Source: a virus (taxonomy: Duplodnaviria; Caudoviricetes). Taken from it: 29,439 nt of DNA. Of the stretch, positions 16,096-25,088 are shown in pieces. The stretch's first letter is position 1; each line of letters starts with the position of its first letter. The position numbers and the translations under genes are program-made. The notes beneath the pieces were generated by a model. That model was not told the DNA's origin and searched no databases. It saw nothing but the letters and a program-made list of their open reading frames with translations. The stretch is from the IMG/VR virus record IMGVR_UViG_3300031861_000011, positions 1-29,439 of that record; one strand, written 5' to 3'.

Positions 16096-19000
16096 TTACT
16101 CTAAAACATGTTGAGCAACACCATCAATTCGTCCTTCCGGGAAGTATTTATTGGCTCGCTCATGAACGTTAAACGTTTGTGTTGTATAATTACCTACAAT
16201 ATATTTAGCATCAAATTTACTGTAAATATTCATTCGTTCCCTATAATTACTACCTGTATTTATAAGGTTTTCATATAAGAGATAGTCATTCTCGATTTTC
16301 AACTTACCCATAGTGGATGTTGCATCAGTTGTGCCGTCTTCCACTAATAATTCATCACCATCTTCGAGAAGCATCCCATCTTCTTCTTCTAATATAATAT
16401 TTATATCATCAAATAGTATAGTCGACCCAGAAACAATATTTTCAACCGGTGTCGGATTCTGTAAGAAGGTTAATTCTAGGCTTAAGCCTGCGTATTCTCC
16501 AACTTCGTCATAGTCATACACATCACCAATGCGCGGAACTGTTGAAATTGGACAATATGTTCTCCACGGCCAACTGTACTTGACTTTATCCCATGTTGGC
16601 GAATATGTACCATGAATAGGTGTATTCGCTGTTATTAATAATGTTTGTTCGGTTCCTTGTTGTCCGCCAAGTGTTTTTCCGATTATATTAAGTGGGTGAT
16701 TACTATAAGCCACATTTAATTTTACAGAGGCATCTCTATAGTCAACATAAAGTGTTGTATCCGTTGCCCATGTAAAAGATGTTTCTGCACCTTGGAAGAA
16801 GGTTGCCATCTCATGTGTTTGGTCTTTTGTTACTACTTCTGCCCAATTACCTGACAAACAATCTTCTTTTACAATACCAAGTAAGGAATGGACACTATCT
16901 AGTTGTGGTTTAGGTGTACCATTTACTTCACAAAATACTTTTTGAACTTTTCCATTAGACATCAAACCTACTACATTTCCTTCTACTAAATCCTCATTTG
17001 CTTGATAAACATGTAATTTCCATTGTGGGAAAGACAATTCTAATTGATTTACAGATGTTGCTTTTCCTAATTTAATTCTGTCCAAACTATCCGCAGAAGT
17101 TATTGTAGGTGCTGCGGTAGTAATCCATCTTTCTATTCCTTCGTCGGGAGTCGCACTATAATTAGGATAGTATTCTTCTCCAGGATTTAAATCATAAACT
17201 CTTTCCGCTGTAGAATCTGTATCTCTAACTTCAACAAATTCACCAACCGCACCATCTTGTTCCACTATCCCTAACAATGAATGAACATAATTAATTCTTG
17301 GAAAACAAACACTTCCTGTTTGATATACTTGTTGAATTGTTCCGTCTGTTCTTAATCCTACAACTTGTCCTGCCCATACTTTTGCAACCGCTACTTCAAA
17401 TAAATTATCTGTCCGTAATGGATTATTTAATCTTTTATCTTTAGGTCTTGCATAAGACTGTCCATATTCAAAGGTTGGTTGTCTATAAGTTCCTCTTGCA
17501 TCGGTATCTGGTGTATTTACAGCTGTAGCCGGTCGAACTTGCATTAAATCAGTATCACGAACTACTATTTTATCTTCCGTTTTTATTGGTCCACCAAAGT
17601 CCGCATGATGATCACAATATGCAAATAATACATCTTCTGGGATATACTTTCCGGCTAATGTAGTTTCATATGTATAATCTGGAATTTTAAAATCTACATA
17701 AGATCCTCCGGTTCCAGGAGTACCTACAAGAGTGCTAGGAAATTCCATACTTGATGCCCAACTTCCATTATGTTCTCCATCAAGCACACTAGCAAATTTT
17801 ATTGCATGACTTGAATTAGTACTGTCTTCTTGCCAAAAACGATATGTAACACCTTTAATAAGTTTTATTGGCCATGCATTATCATTAATATTCACACCAT
17901 CAAAAAGAAAATTAGAACTTGCAACTGTTACCGTTATTTCTCGTAATGCAGAATTCGGATATTCTATTGTAGATCTTGAAATAACTCTTTGGTTAAACAT
18001 TTCTATTGGCAGAAACGTTTCTGTATCAATATATGTTGCAACGCCTGTTAAGTTTGGTAATGAGGCCGTTGCCATTCTTATAGGTAAAGTAGGCTCTTTC
18101 CACGACAATACTGAAATAGTAGCATCACCAACTAATTCAATAGTTTCTTCACCATAAGATACATATGTTGTAATTGTAGGCATTACAAATTGGCCGTCAG
18201 GGGAACGATACTTTCCTAATATACCTATCTCTAACCAATAATCTGTGCCTCCTTTACGTACTAGATCCGGATTTCCATCTCCACCTAGGCCCCAATAGGT
18301 GTCGGGCGGTCTTTGTGCTCCTGCAGTTGCACCGGCAGCATTGGTCGAATGTATTGGGCCCCATCTATTTTCTGTATTATAGTGAGTTGACTTGCCCCAT
18401 AATGAAACTCCGCCATATGCACTGTGGCCTGTACATTCATTTCCTTCATAGTGACCAGGCCTTATATATTCTGCGATTACATTTGGATACCAAGGAGCAA
18501 TTTTCGTACTTTCATTAAGGGTATTTGTTTGATCATGCTCTATAAAATGGTGCTGTATTTCAACCCTTCCAGCTACTGATTGCTGGTATGGAGTATTTGA
18601 AGCAGGGCCAAATTGTCCTTGTAAATCTCCTCTATAATTCTTTTCATAATCCCATCCGAGACCATTTAACCAAGTAGTATCATCAATTCTTCCTAAGTGA
18701 AATGCAAAATTAGTCTTTGATGTATCAGAACCAAATCCTACTGTTCGTGGATCCAAAAATTCAACATGATAATTATGTATGATACCTACATCAAAATTAA
18801 TTAATCCATCTACACTGGTATAAGGCATCATTGTTTGATTATAGCCCTTCCTCATATCCTTATCAATTGGGCCATATTCTGGAACATACGATGGAGTTCT
18901 ATCAACAAACAACTCCATTATCTTCTCTGTTTCAGAATCTGCATCGATTGACATACTTATAATAAATTCAATGCCTATTTCCCCAAATACGTTCCATCCA

Positions 19001-22000
19001 GCAGGGTGAACAAAAGATCTTACCATATCTCTAAATTCACTAATTTGAATATCAGATCTTAAAACATATGAAAAATCTTGATAATAATAAGAATCTTGTA
19101 TTCTAATAATATCACTAACCATTCCTAATTTGGATTTAAATGTACCGGGATAATTTGTTATAGTAGTTCGTTTAGCGGTAAAGGTCGCGTTATTATCACC
19201 TGTAGGTGCAGTAACTATAGGAACAGTAGTATAGTTTATACCAGCTTGTGAAATTACAACAGATTTAATAGCACCGGTTTTTAAAGCGCCAGATCTTAAT
19301 ACAGCATTATTACCATAATTCGAAATTGCTTCATATGACTTAACATTTGATGATGCAAGGGCAGCTGTTCTAGCACCAGAAAGTGATATTACAGTTTCCC
19401 CAGCTGTAAAATCATCCTGCGGTTCCAATATCATAAATGTTTCTGGTTCATCTGCAGTATTAAATCCTTCGTATTCAATTTTTCCACGTGATGTAATATC
19501 AACAATCTCCATCTTATCCATATGCAAATCATATGAAGTAGAACTTGTTGTATTAACATATAAAAATAATGAATGATATGAATTAGTAGGATGAATAGTA
19601 AATTTGCCTTCATATGTATAAACTTGATCTTTATTAGTAGTAGCAACATCTTTATAAATTAGTACTTGTGTTAATCCTCCGGTTGCTCCATCAGATTCAA
19701 AATTTACATCTGCGGCTGAACTACCATATTTTAAAATAACATTATTTAAAACCTTACTAGCTCTAAAGCTTACTCTTCCAATATATTGATCACCGGGTTT
19801 TAATATATTTTCATATTCTTCATCTACGCTATTATTTAAACCTTTAAGTCCAACATATGTTTCTAATTGATCATTAACAGCAATTTTGCCGCTATATGAA
19901 CCATATATTGTATTTGAAGATTCAATAGAAAGAGTATTATTACCTGTATCAAGTGATGAATCTGTCCAAGATTCATTCCCATTGTAGGATATTGTAACTG
20001 CGCCACCTACAGGTACACCTTTTCGTTTAGTTGAAAAAGAATAAAGTCCAGATGTATTATTTTCAAATGTTCCAATGTTATTTAAAAGAACATTTTCATC
20101 TTCAAGGGAAAATTGTGTATCTACTTCTTTTACCTTCATTGTACTAAAAGTAGAATTTGCAGTAGAATTAACAATTGGTTGTATTACTTGTACTTTTTTA
20201 CCTGAAGATTGGCCTATAATATATTCACCAAATTTATATTTTCCTACAACATCTTCACCAAAATTTAAATATGCTAATGCAGCCGTATTTTTTCCTGTAA
20301 TTGGGTCCTCAAATTCATATGACTTTTTCCCTAAAATAGTTTGATTAGACGCTTCATATGATGGCCCCTTTATATAATCAATACCAGTAGTTATAACTTG
20401 TACATTAGAAATAGCACCGAATGGTGTAAAAGTATATTCTGTTGCTCCGTAATAACTATCAATGGAATAAGTATTATCCCCTAATTGATTTCCTTCTATT
20501 TCATAATAACTAGCCGGTTTAATTGAATTGATTTGAAACAGACTTGATTTACCAGGAACGGCTGTAGTATTTGCACTATAATATAAATCTCCATAACTAT
20601 TTTGAACAAAGTTTGATGATATGTCACTTTCTATTACATAAACAAAGCATGAAGAATTCACTGATGGTCCAGCAATTGTGCCTTTGGTTCCTGTTTTAGA
20701 ATCATATATGTAAAACCCTGGTTGAATATCATCTTCAAAATTCACTGTAGCTAAAAGAATATTATCACCTTCGTCTGCTGTACCATCTGTACTATTAATT
20801 ACAATCCTACCATCACCTTCTTCAAGTAAAATATTTGCTCCGCCGTCCTCCTCATCTTGATTTATTACCTCCGCTACCCATGTAGTAGTATTACTTGAAC
20901 TAAAATGGGTATTAATATTTTCAGGATACCTTACATCACCTGGATCATCAACAGAAAATGAAAATGCATTTAAAGAAATAGCGGCTGGAGCTTCGCCACC
21001 TTCTGCGGTTGAAATTACTTTATTAATTACCGAATCTGAAGTTCTAAATTTTCCTGTTTCAAGAACTCCACGAATAGCGCCAGTGTGATTAGAACCTAAA
21101 GTTCCGGTGCTATTAACTATTAACATCTCGCCGCCCATATAGCCATTACCACCATCATCAACAATAATTTCATCAATGGCACCATTAGCAGTTGACCCTA
21201 CACGAGCAACAGCACCTTTTCCAGCGCCACCTGTAATTATAAGTTCATCGTTAACTTTATAAGCTGTACCATTACTTACAATATCAATTTCACCAATAAC
21301 CGCAATACAAGTTCCTCTTGAAGATTCCTCTGGAAATGGCAGTGCTTTAACAGGATCGGAAGAACTATCACTACCCATAAGTTCATCTATAGTTGATTCT
21401 GTAACGTCGACATATGCTTCAATTGTTGCTATTGTTTCGCCGGGTTGAAAATCAGAATAGATATCAAAACGAGCATCATACCCTTTAACATAATCTGTCA
21501 AATATAATTCTGTTACTGCAGTCGATCCTTCAACATAAGAAATAGAATTATCAACTGTTGCTGTAGCTTGAGAAAGTTCGCCTTTAATAACTTTACTATT
21601 AAAATCATCAGGATTTAGGGCAGTACCTGTATAAACTTTAATCGACTGCGATGAACTCCATGTTCCATCAGAAGGTCTTAATAATCTTTCTTTTGGATAT
21701 ATAAAACTTAATTGATCAGAACCATATACAGTTCTCCATAACCAAAGAAAAGAATCTTCTGTACCTCTACTTCTATAAATGTCTCTTGCAGTTTTGACTG
21801 CTTGTCGTAAATCACCAACTGCACTAAAAGGAATATTTTGTAAGAAATCTTCTCTAAATTGTTGTAACATGTAGTTATCTGCAGCATCTACATCAGTCAT
21901 TAAATCTATGTCAGCTGCGCCACGAAGAGGATTTCTCAACAAATCTTTATCTGTTTTCCCCACAGTCGCTTTAGCTCGAGTTGATCTACCTCTAACAGAC

Positions 22001-22749
22001 TCCCCATGCATTAAAACTATTCCATTAATAGGTCGCGCAAATAATAAGTGAGGACTTAAATTATATTTCGGAGAAGTTGTATTTGCTGTTTCCAAATATT
22101 TGCCGGCTGGTACATCTTTTGCTTGGATACCGGTTACTAAACATTTGGAACCTGATACGGCACCTTCGATTACTTCACCAATAGCGAATGTAGCATCAGT
22201 GCCTCTTTCTGATTCAACTATAATTTCAGTATTAGCTGTTCCATCTTCTGGTGAGTCTTCCTTTACAACTCTAGAAGCGGCAGTATATTCTGTATAAGAA
22301 GTTGAAGGAGGATCTTTTATTGCTATGCCGTAGTTGCCACCATTTGCGCCACCTTTTCTAGGCATATAAAATATAAGGCCTTTTAATTCTTCTAATTCTA
22401 ATTCATAAACTGTTGAACCATCATCTGTGGCGGCTAGAGCAGGACCTTTATTTCCATAAACAGGATAATAGTGCCCGAACTGCATTCCTGCTTCAGTAGA
22501 TTCCGCATCGTCTGAAGGCTCATAAATAAAATTTCTTTGATCTAAAGCAGTTCCTCTAACATAATATGCTCCATCATCATCTTCTTGGACAATATTATAT
22601 TCATCTAATTCTAAATCAGTATATTCTATTTGATAGGATTCTAAAAATTCAAAATACTTTGTCATGAAGACAGGAAGATTACTTCCCTCTTCGGTAAAGA
22701 AAGCCGGTAATTGATTTTGAATTATTTCAGATATTCTATTGTCGGCCAT
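16096..22749 (-). CDS. gp7: Baseplate wedge initiator gp7-like protein with multiple insertions
   Basis: ISEIIQNQLPAF...YFEFLE, IYRSRGTEDSF...YPKERLLRPSDGTW and IQDSYYYQDFSYVL...VHPAGWNVFGE. Lies between gp6 and gp8 and is coupled to gp6 (TAATG). Confidence 0.8.
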   Translation of the reverse strand: MADNRISEIIQNQLPAFFTEEGSNLPVFMTKYFEFLESYQIEYTDLELDEYNIVQEDDDGAYYVRGTALDQRNFIYEPSDDAESTEAGMQFGHYYPVYGNKGPALAATDDGSTVYELELEELKGLIFYMPRKGGANGGNYGIAIKDPPSTSYTEYTAASRVVKEDSPEDGTANTEIIVESERGTDATFAIGEVIEGAVSGSKCLVTGIQAKDVPAGKYLETANTTSPKYNLSPHLLFARPINGIVLMHGESVRGRSTRAKATVGKTDKDLLRNPLRGAADIDLMTDVDAADNYMLQQFREDFLQNIPFSAVGDLRQAVKTARDIYRSRGTEDSFLWLWRTVYGSDQLSFIYPKERLLRPSDGTWSSSQSIKVYTGTALNPDDFNSKVIKGELSQATATVDNSISYVEGSTAVTELYLTDYVKGYDARFDIYSDFQPGETIATIEAYVDVTESTIDELMGSDSSSDPVKALPFPEESSRGTCIAVIGEIDIVSNGTAYKVNDELIITGGAGKGAVARVGSTANGAIDEIIVDDGGNGYMGGEMLIVNSTGTLGSNHTGAIRGVLETGKFRTSDSVINKVISTAEGGEAPAAISLNAFSFSVDDPGDVRYPENINTHFSSSNTTTWVAEVINQDEEDGGANILLEEGDGRIVINSTDGTADEGDNILLATVNFEDDIQPGFYIYDSKTGTKGTIAGPSVNSSCFVYVIESDISSNFVQNSYGDLYYSANTTAVPGKSSLFQINSIKPASYYEIEGNQLGDNTYSIDSYYGATEYTFTPFGAISNVQVITTGIDYIKGPSYEASNQTILGKKSYEFEDPITGKNTAALAYLNFGEDVVGKYKFGEYIIGQSSGKKVQVIQPIVNSTANSTFSTMKVKEVDTQFSLEDENVLLNNIGTFENNTSGLYSFSTKRKGVPVGGAVTISYNGNESWTDSSLDTGNNTLSIESSNTIYGSYSGKIAVNDQLETYVGLKGLNNSVDEEYENILKPGDQYIGRVSFRASKVLNNVILKYGSSAADVNFESDGATGGLTQVLIYKDVATTNKDQVYTYEGKFTIHPTNSYHSLFLYVNTTSSTSYDLHMDKMEIVDITSRGKIEYEGFNTADEPETFMILEPQDDFTAGETVISLSGARTAALASSNVKSYEAISNYGNNAVLRSGALKTGAIKSVVISQAGINYTTVPIVTAPTGDNNATFTAKRTTITNYPGTFKSKLGMVSDIIRIQDSYYYQDFSYVLRSDIQISEFRDMVRSFVHPAGWNVFGEIGIEFIISMSIDADSETEKIMELFVDRTPSYVPEYGPIDKDMRKGYNQTMMPYTSVDGLINFDVGIIHNYHVEFLDPRTVGFGSDTSKTNFAFHLGRIDDTTWLNGLGWDYEKNYRGDLQGQFGPASNTPYQQSVAGRVEIQHHFIEHDQTNTLNESTKIAPWYPNVIAEYIRPGHYEGNECTGHSAYGGVSLWGKSTHYNTENRWGPIHSTNAAGATAGAQRPPDTYWGLGGDGNPDLVRKGGTDYWLEIGILGKYRSPDGQFVMPTITTYVSYGEETIELVGDATISVLSWKEPTLPIRMATASLPNLTGVATYIDTETFLPIEMFNQRVISRSTIEYPNSALREITVTVASSNFLFDGVNINDNAWPIKLIKGVTYRFWQEDSTNSSHAIKFASVLDGEHNGSWASSMEFPSTLVGTPGTGGSYVDFKIPDYTYETTLAGKYIPEDVLFAYCDHHADFGGPIKTEDKIVVRDTDLMQVRPATAVNTPDTDARGTYRQPTFEYGQSYARPKDKRLNNPLRTDNLFEVAVAKVWAGQVVGLRTDGTIQQVYQTGSVCFPRINYVHSLLGIVEQDGAVGEFVEVRDTDSTAERVYDLNPGEEYYPNYSATPDEGIERWITTAAPTITSADSLDRIKLGKATSVNQLELSFPQWKLHVYQANEDLVEGNVVGLMSNGKVQKVFCEVNGTPKPQLDSVHSLLGIVKEDCLSGNWAEVVTKDQTHEMATFFQGAETSFTWATDTTLYVDYRDASVKLNVAYSNHPLNIIGKTLGGQQGTEQTLLITANTPIHGTYSPTWDKVKYSWPWRTYCPISTVPRIGDVYDYDEVGEYAGLSLELTFLQNPTPVENIVSGSTILFDDINIILEEEDGMLLEDGDELLVEDGTTDATSTMGKLKIENDYLLYENLINTGSNYRERMNIYSKFDAKYIVGNYTTQTFNVHERANKYFPEGRIDGVAQHVLE

Positions 22750-24635
22750 TATGCAGTATTAGCTCCAAAAATTACTTGCGCGGGAATCTCATCAGAAGTT
22801 GCAATCTTAAAGTCACCAGTGAGCAATGAAGTATCAGAAATCATATTAACTACAACATCTTTCTTTTCAACAACAATAACTTGTTCTCTTACGGGAGTTA
22901 TATCTAAAACGTTGGTTTCTACATATACTTCGATTGTATTATTATTTACAACAGCTTCAACTGTTATAGGTTTAAACGCAACTAAGGTCATTTTACCAGT
23001 AGTATAATCTAATGCTCCAACATTTGAATCAATAATAGCTGTTTCCCCAGCTGCTTCTTTTACAACTTGTATAATTCCATCTTTATCAGCTAATGTACAA
23101 GCATTTTCTACAACTTCAGTTGCTTCATTAGTATATTGAAATTTTGAAGATGTTAGTGTACCTTTATATCCAACATATGGATATTTTAATTGATTTGAAA
23201 AATTTTGTGCATAGTTAAATGCTTGTGCTAATTCTACTACTACTCGTTTAAATAAAAGTACCGTTGTTTGGTTATTTAAAACGGCAGGATCAGTATTATC
23301 AATTAAAGTAGTTAATCGAGAATATCTAAACCTTAAATCAAATTTTCCTAATTCATTTTCATTATAACCCAAAGCCACTCTAATAATATTTTCACCTATT
23401 TCTTGTGCGGATTGAATTGTTGCATTTGGATTAAATCTAACATCTGAATTTATTTTTAAATAAAGATAATCAGGAGCAACAATTACCGGAGTAACGGAAA
23501 CCATATTCTTTCTCAATAAAATATCATTTTTAATAGAAGCTTTATCTTTTGAGGTTAAATATAATCCGCTTTTAGGTTTTACTGCAATATATGCTTGTCC
23601 ATATCTTGGAGGATCATTTTCTTCACCTCCCCAACATGTTACAGATTCAGCATTAACCCATTCTTTTTCTACAATTCGTTTATAATCATTTAAAGTAACA
23701 CATCTATTTTGTGTTTCATATAATTTAGGTGCACCATATTTTATTTGTTCTATTGTTTCTCTGGTGGCACCTCCATAACCTGATGTTGTCGCAGTTACAG
23801 CAACATTTCCATATCCGCCTATTAGATCAACTGCGGTAAAAGTAGATGCTTTATTTGTAATATCTCCATCAGAAATATTTGCTGACAAAATTACTTGGCT
23901 TCCATCTGCTGGTCTAAAACCTACTTTATTATCTCCAAATTGAACTTCAAATTTCCCATCAAATTCTTCATACAAAAAATATACTTTAGATGTTGCTGTT
24001 ACTTTAACGGTATCACTTACTTTATTATAAGTATCTATTATTGTAGCTGTTGGGGAAGCTTTTACTGTAACTGATAATGTTGTAACATCTGTAGTTGGAT
24101 TTGGTAAAAGAAATTTTTGTTCCTTATCAGAATAATCAACCGCGTACTTATGAGTTAATCTTATACCTTGGTTTAATTGTACATCATCAACTGTAAATCT
24201 ACCATCAGATCCAATTATCGCGTTATATGAATTCGCAGTCGTAAAAATATATTTGTTATTATCTATAATTGAAGAAAATCTCCTATCTTTTTCTACAACC
24301 ATTGTAGTAGCAGTATCATTTGGAGTAATATTCAATGTAACAATTGCTTTTGTTCCTTGAACAGATCTAGGCGTATAGCCCATTTGTTTTGCTTTTTGAA
24401 CAACAGAATTTCTAAGTTCTGCTGTGTCTAAAAACATTTCATTTGCTAACATATTTAAATAAAATGAATTATAATAAGTATTATATGCTAGCATATCCAT
24501 AATTACATCCAGTCCAGATCCAGCGAAGTCAAAATTTGCAAATTCACTTTGACTTTTTAAAAAGGCTATCATATTAGCCTTAATAGCCGGCATATCTAGT
24601 TCTGAAACATTTAATTTTGCTACATCTGTTGCCAT
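22749..24635 (-). CDS. gp6: Baseplate wedge subunit gp6
   Basis: ELDMPAIKANM..FL..QSEF..FDFAGSGL...LAYNTYYN...ANEMFLDTA.LR.SVV..AK.MGYTPRS, QFGD, QNRCVT..DY and WGGEENDPPRYG. Confidence 0.95.
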   Translation of the reverse strand: MATDVAKLNVSELDMPAIKANMIAFLKSQSEFANFDFAGSGLDVIMDMLAYNTYYNSFYLNMLANEMFLDTAELRNSVVQKAKQMGYTPRSVQGTKAIVTLNITPNDTATTMVVEKDRRFSSIIDNNKYIFTTANSYNAIIGSDGRFTVDDVQLNQGIRLTHKYAVDYSDKEQKFLLPNPTTDVTTLSVTVKASPTATIIDTYNKVSDTVKVTATSKVYFLYEEFDGKFEVQFGDNKVGFRPADGSQVILSANISDGDITNKASTFTAVDLIGGYGNVAVTATTSGYGGATRETIEQIKYGAPKLYETQNRCVTLNDYKRIVEKEWVNAESVTCWGGEENDPPRYGQAYIAVKPKSGLYLTSKDKASIKNDILLRKNMVSVTPVIVAPDYLYLKINSDVRFNPNATIQSAQEIGENIIRVALGYNENELGKFDLRFRYSRLTTLIDNTDPAVLNNQTTVLLFKRVVVELAQAFNYAQNFSNQLKYPYVGYKGTLTSSKFQYTNEATEVVENACTLADKDGIIQVVKEAAGETAIIDSNVGALDYTTGKMTLVAFKPITVEAVVNNNTIEVYVETNVLDITPVREQVIVVEKKDVVVNMISDTSLLTGDFKIATSDEIPAQVIFGANTA

Positions 24636-24638
24636 TCC

Positions 24639-25061
24639 TTACCTATACAAAAAAGTTTCGAATTCTTCCGAAGTCATTTGCCCTAACAGTGAAAAAATAA
24701 TCTGTATTCTATATCTGTTACGATCTTCTTCTGATATTACTATTATGTCTCTTATAGTAGCACGAGGTTCTAATACTCTTAATGCATCCGCAACTCTTTG
24801 TACTACTCTAACTTCTGTCATTGCATTCATTGGTTCAAATAATAAATCTTGAATACCAGCACCAATTTCGGGATGACCTAAACGTTCATTTTGCCTTGTT
24901 TGTAGAATATTACGCATGGATTGTTTTATAACAGTAGCATTTCTTGTTTTAATAAGATCGCCTGTTACCGGATGGACTTTAAAAGACAAATCTACATCAG
25001 AATATATTGTTTGTTGCGTATCTGGATCGTATTCTATTTCAGTGTATTGAGTTTGAGCCAC
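24639..25061 (-). CDS. gp25: Baseplate wedge subunit gp25
   Basis: YSDVDLSF..HPVTGDL...IKQSMRNIL.T..NER...PEIG..I..LLFEP...EPR. GTG start with AAGGAA RBS. Confidence 0.93.
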   Translation of the reverse strand: MAQTQYTEIEYDPDTQQTIYSDVDLSFKVHPVTGDLIKTRNATVIKQSMRNILQTRQNERLGHPEIGAGIQDLLFEPMNAMTEVRVVQRVADALRVLEPRATIRDIIVISEEDRNRYRIQIIFSLLGQMTSEEFETFLYR

Positions 25062-25080
25062 AGTATTTCCTTATTCAATT

Positions 25081-25088
25081 TATTTATA
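25081..25088 (-). promoter_or_regulatory. T4-type late promoter TATAAATA upstream of gp25
   Basis: Exact consensus in the 27-bp intergenic gap, 20 bp before the gp25 start. Confidence 0.8.

Noticed and set aside
16145-16405. Several NATAAATA matches in the gp7 3' end (16145, 16257, 16398)
   Set aside because: Any could drive gp8, but such 8-mers arise by chance in AT-rich coding DNA and none can be singled out.
8185-22749. Inteins, introns or stop-codon recoding explaining the very large ORFs
   Set aside because: I saw no splice-junction or homing endonuclease motifs, and genes tile cleanly under the standard code.
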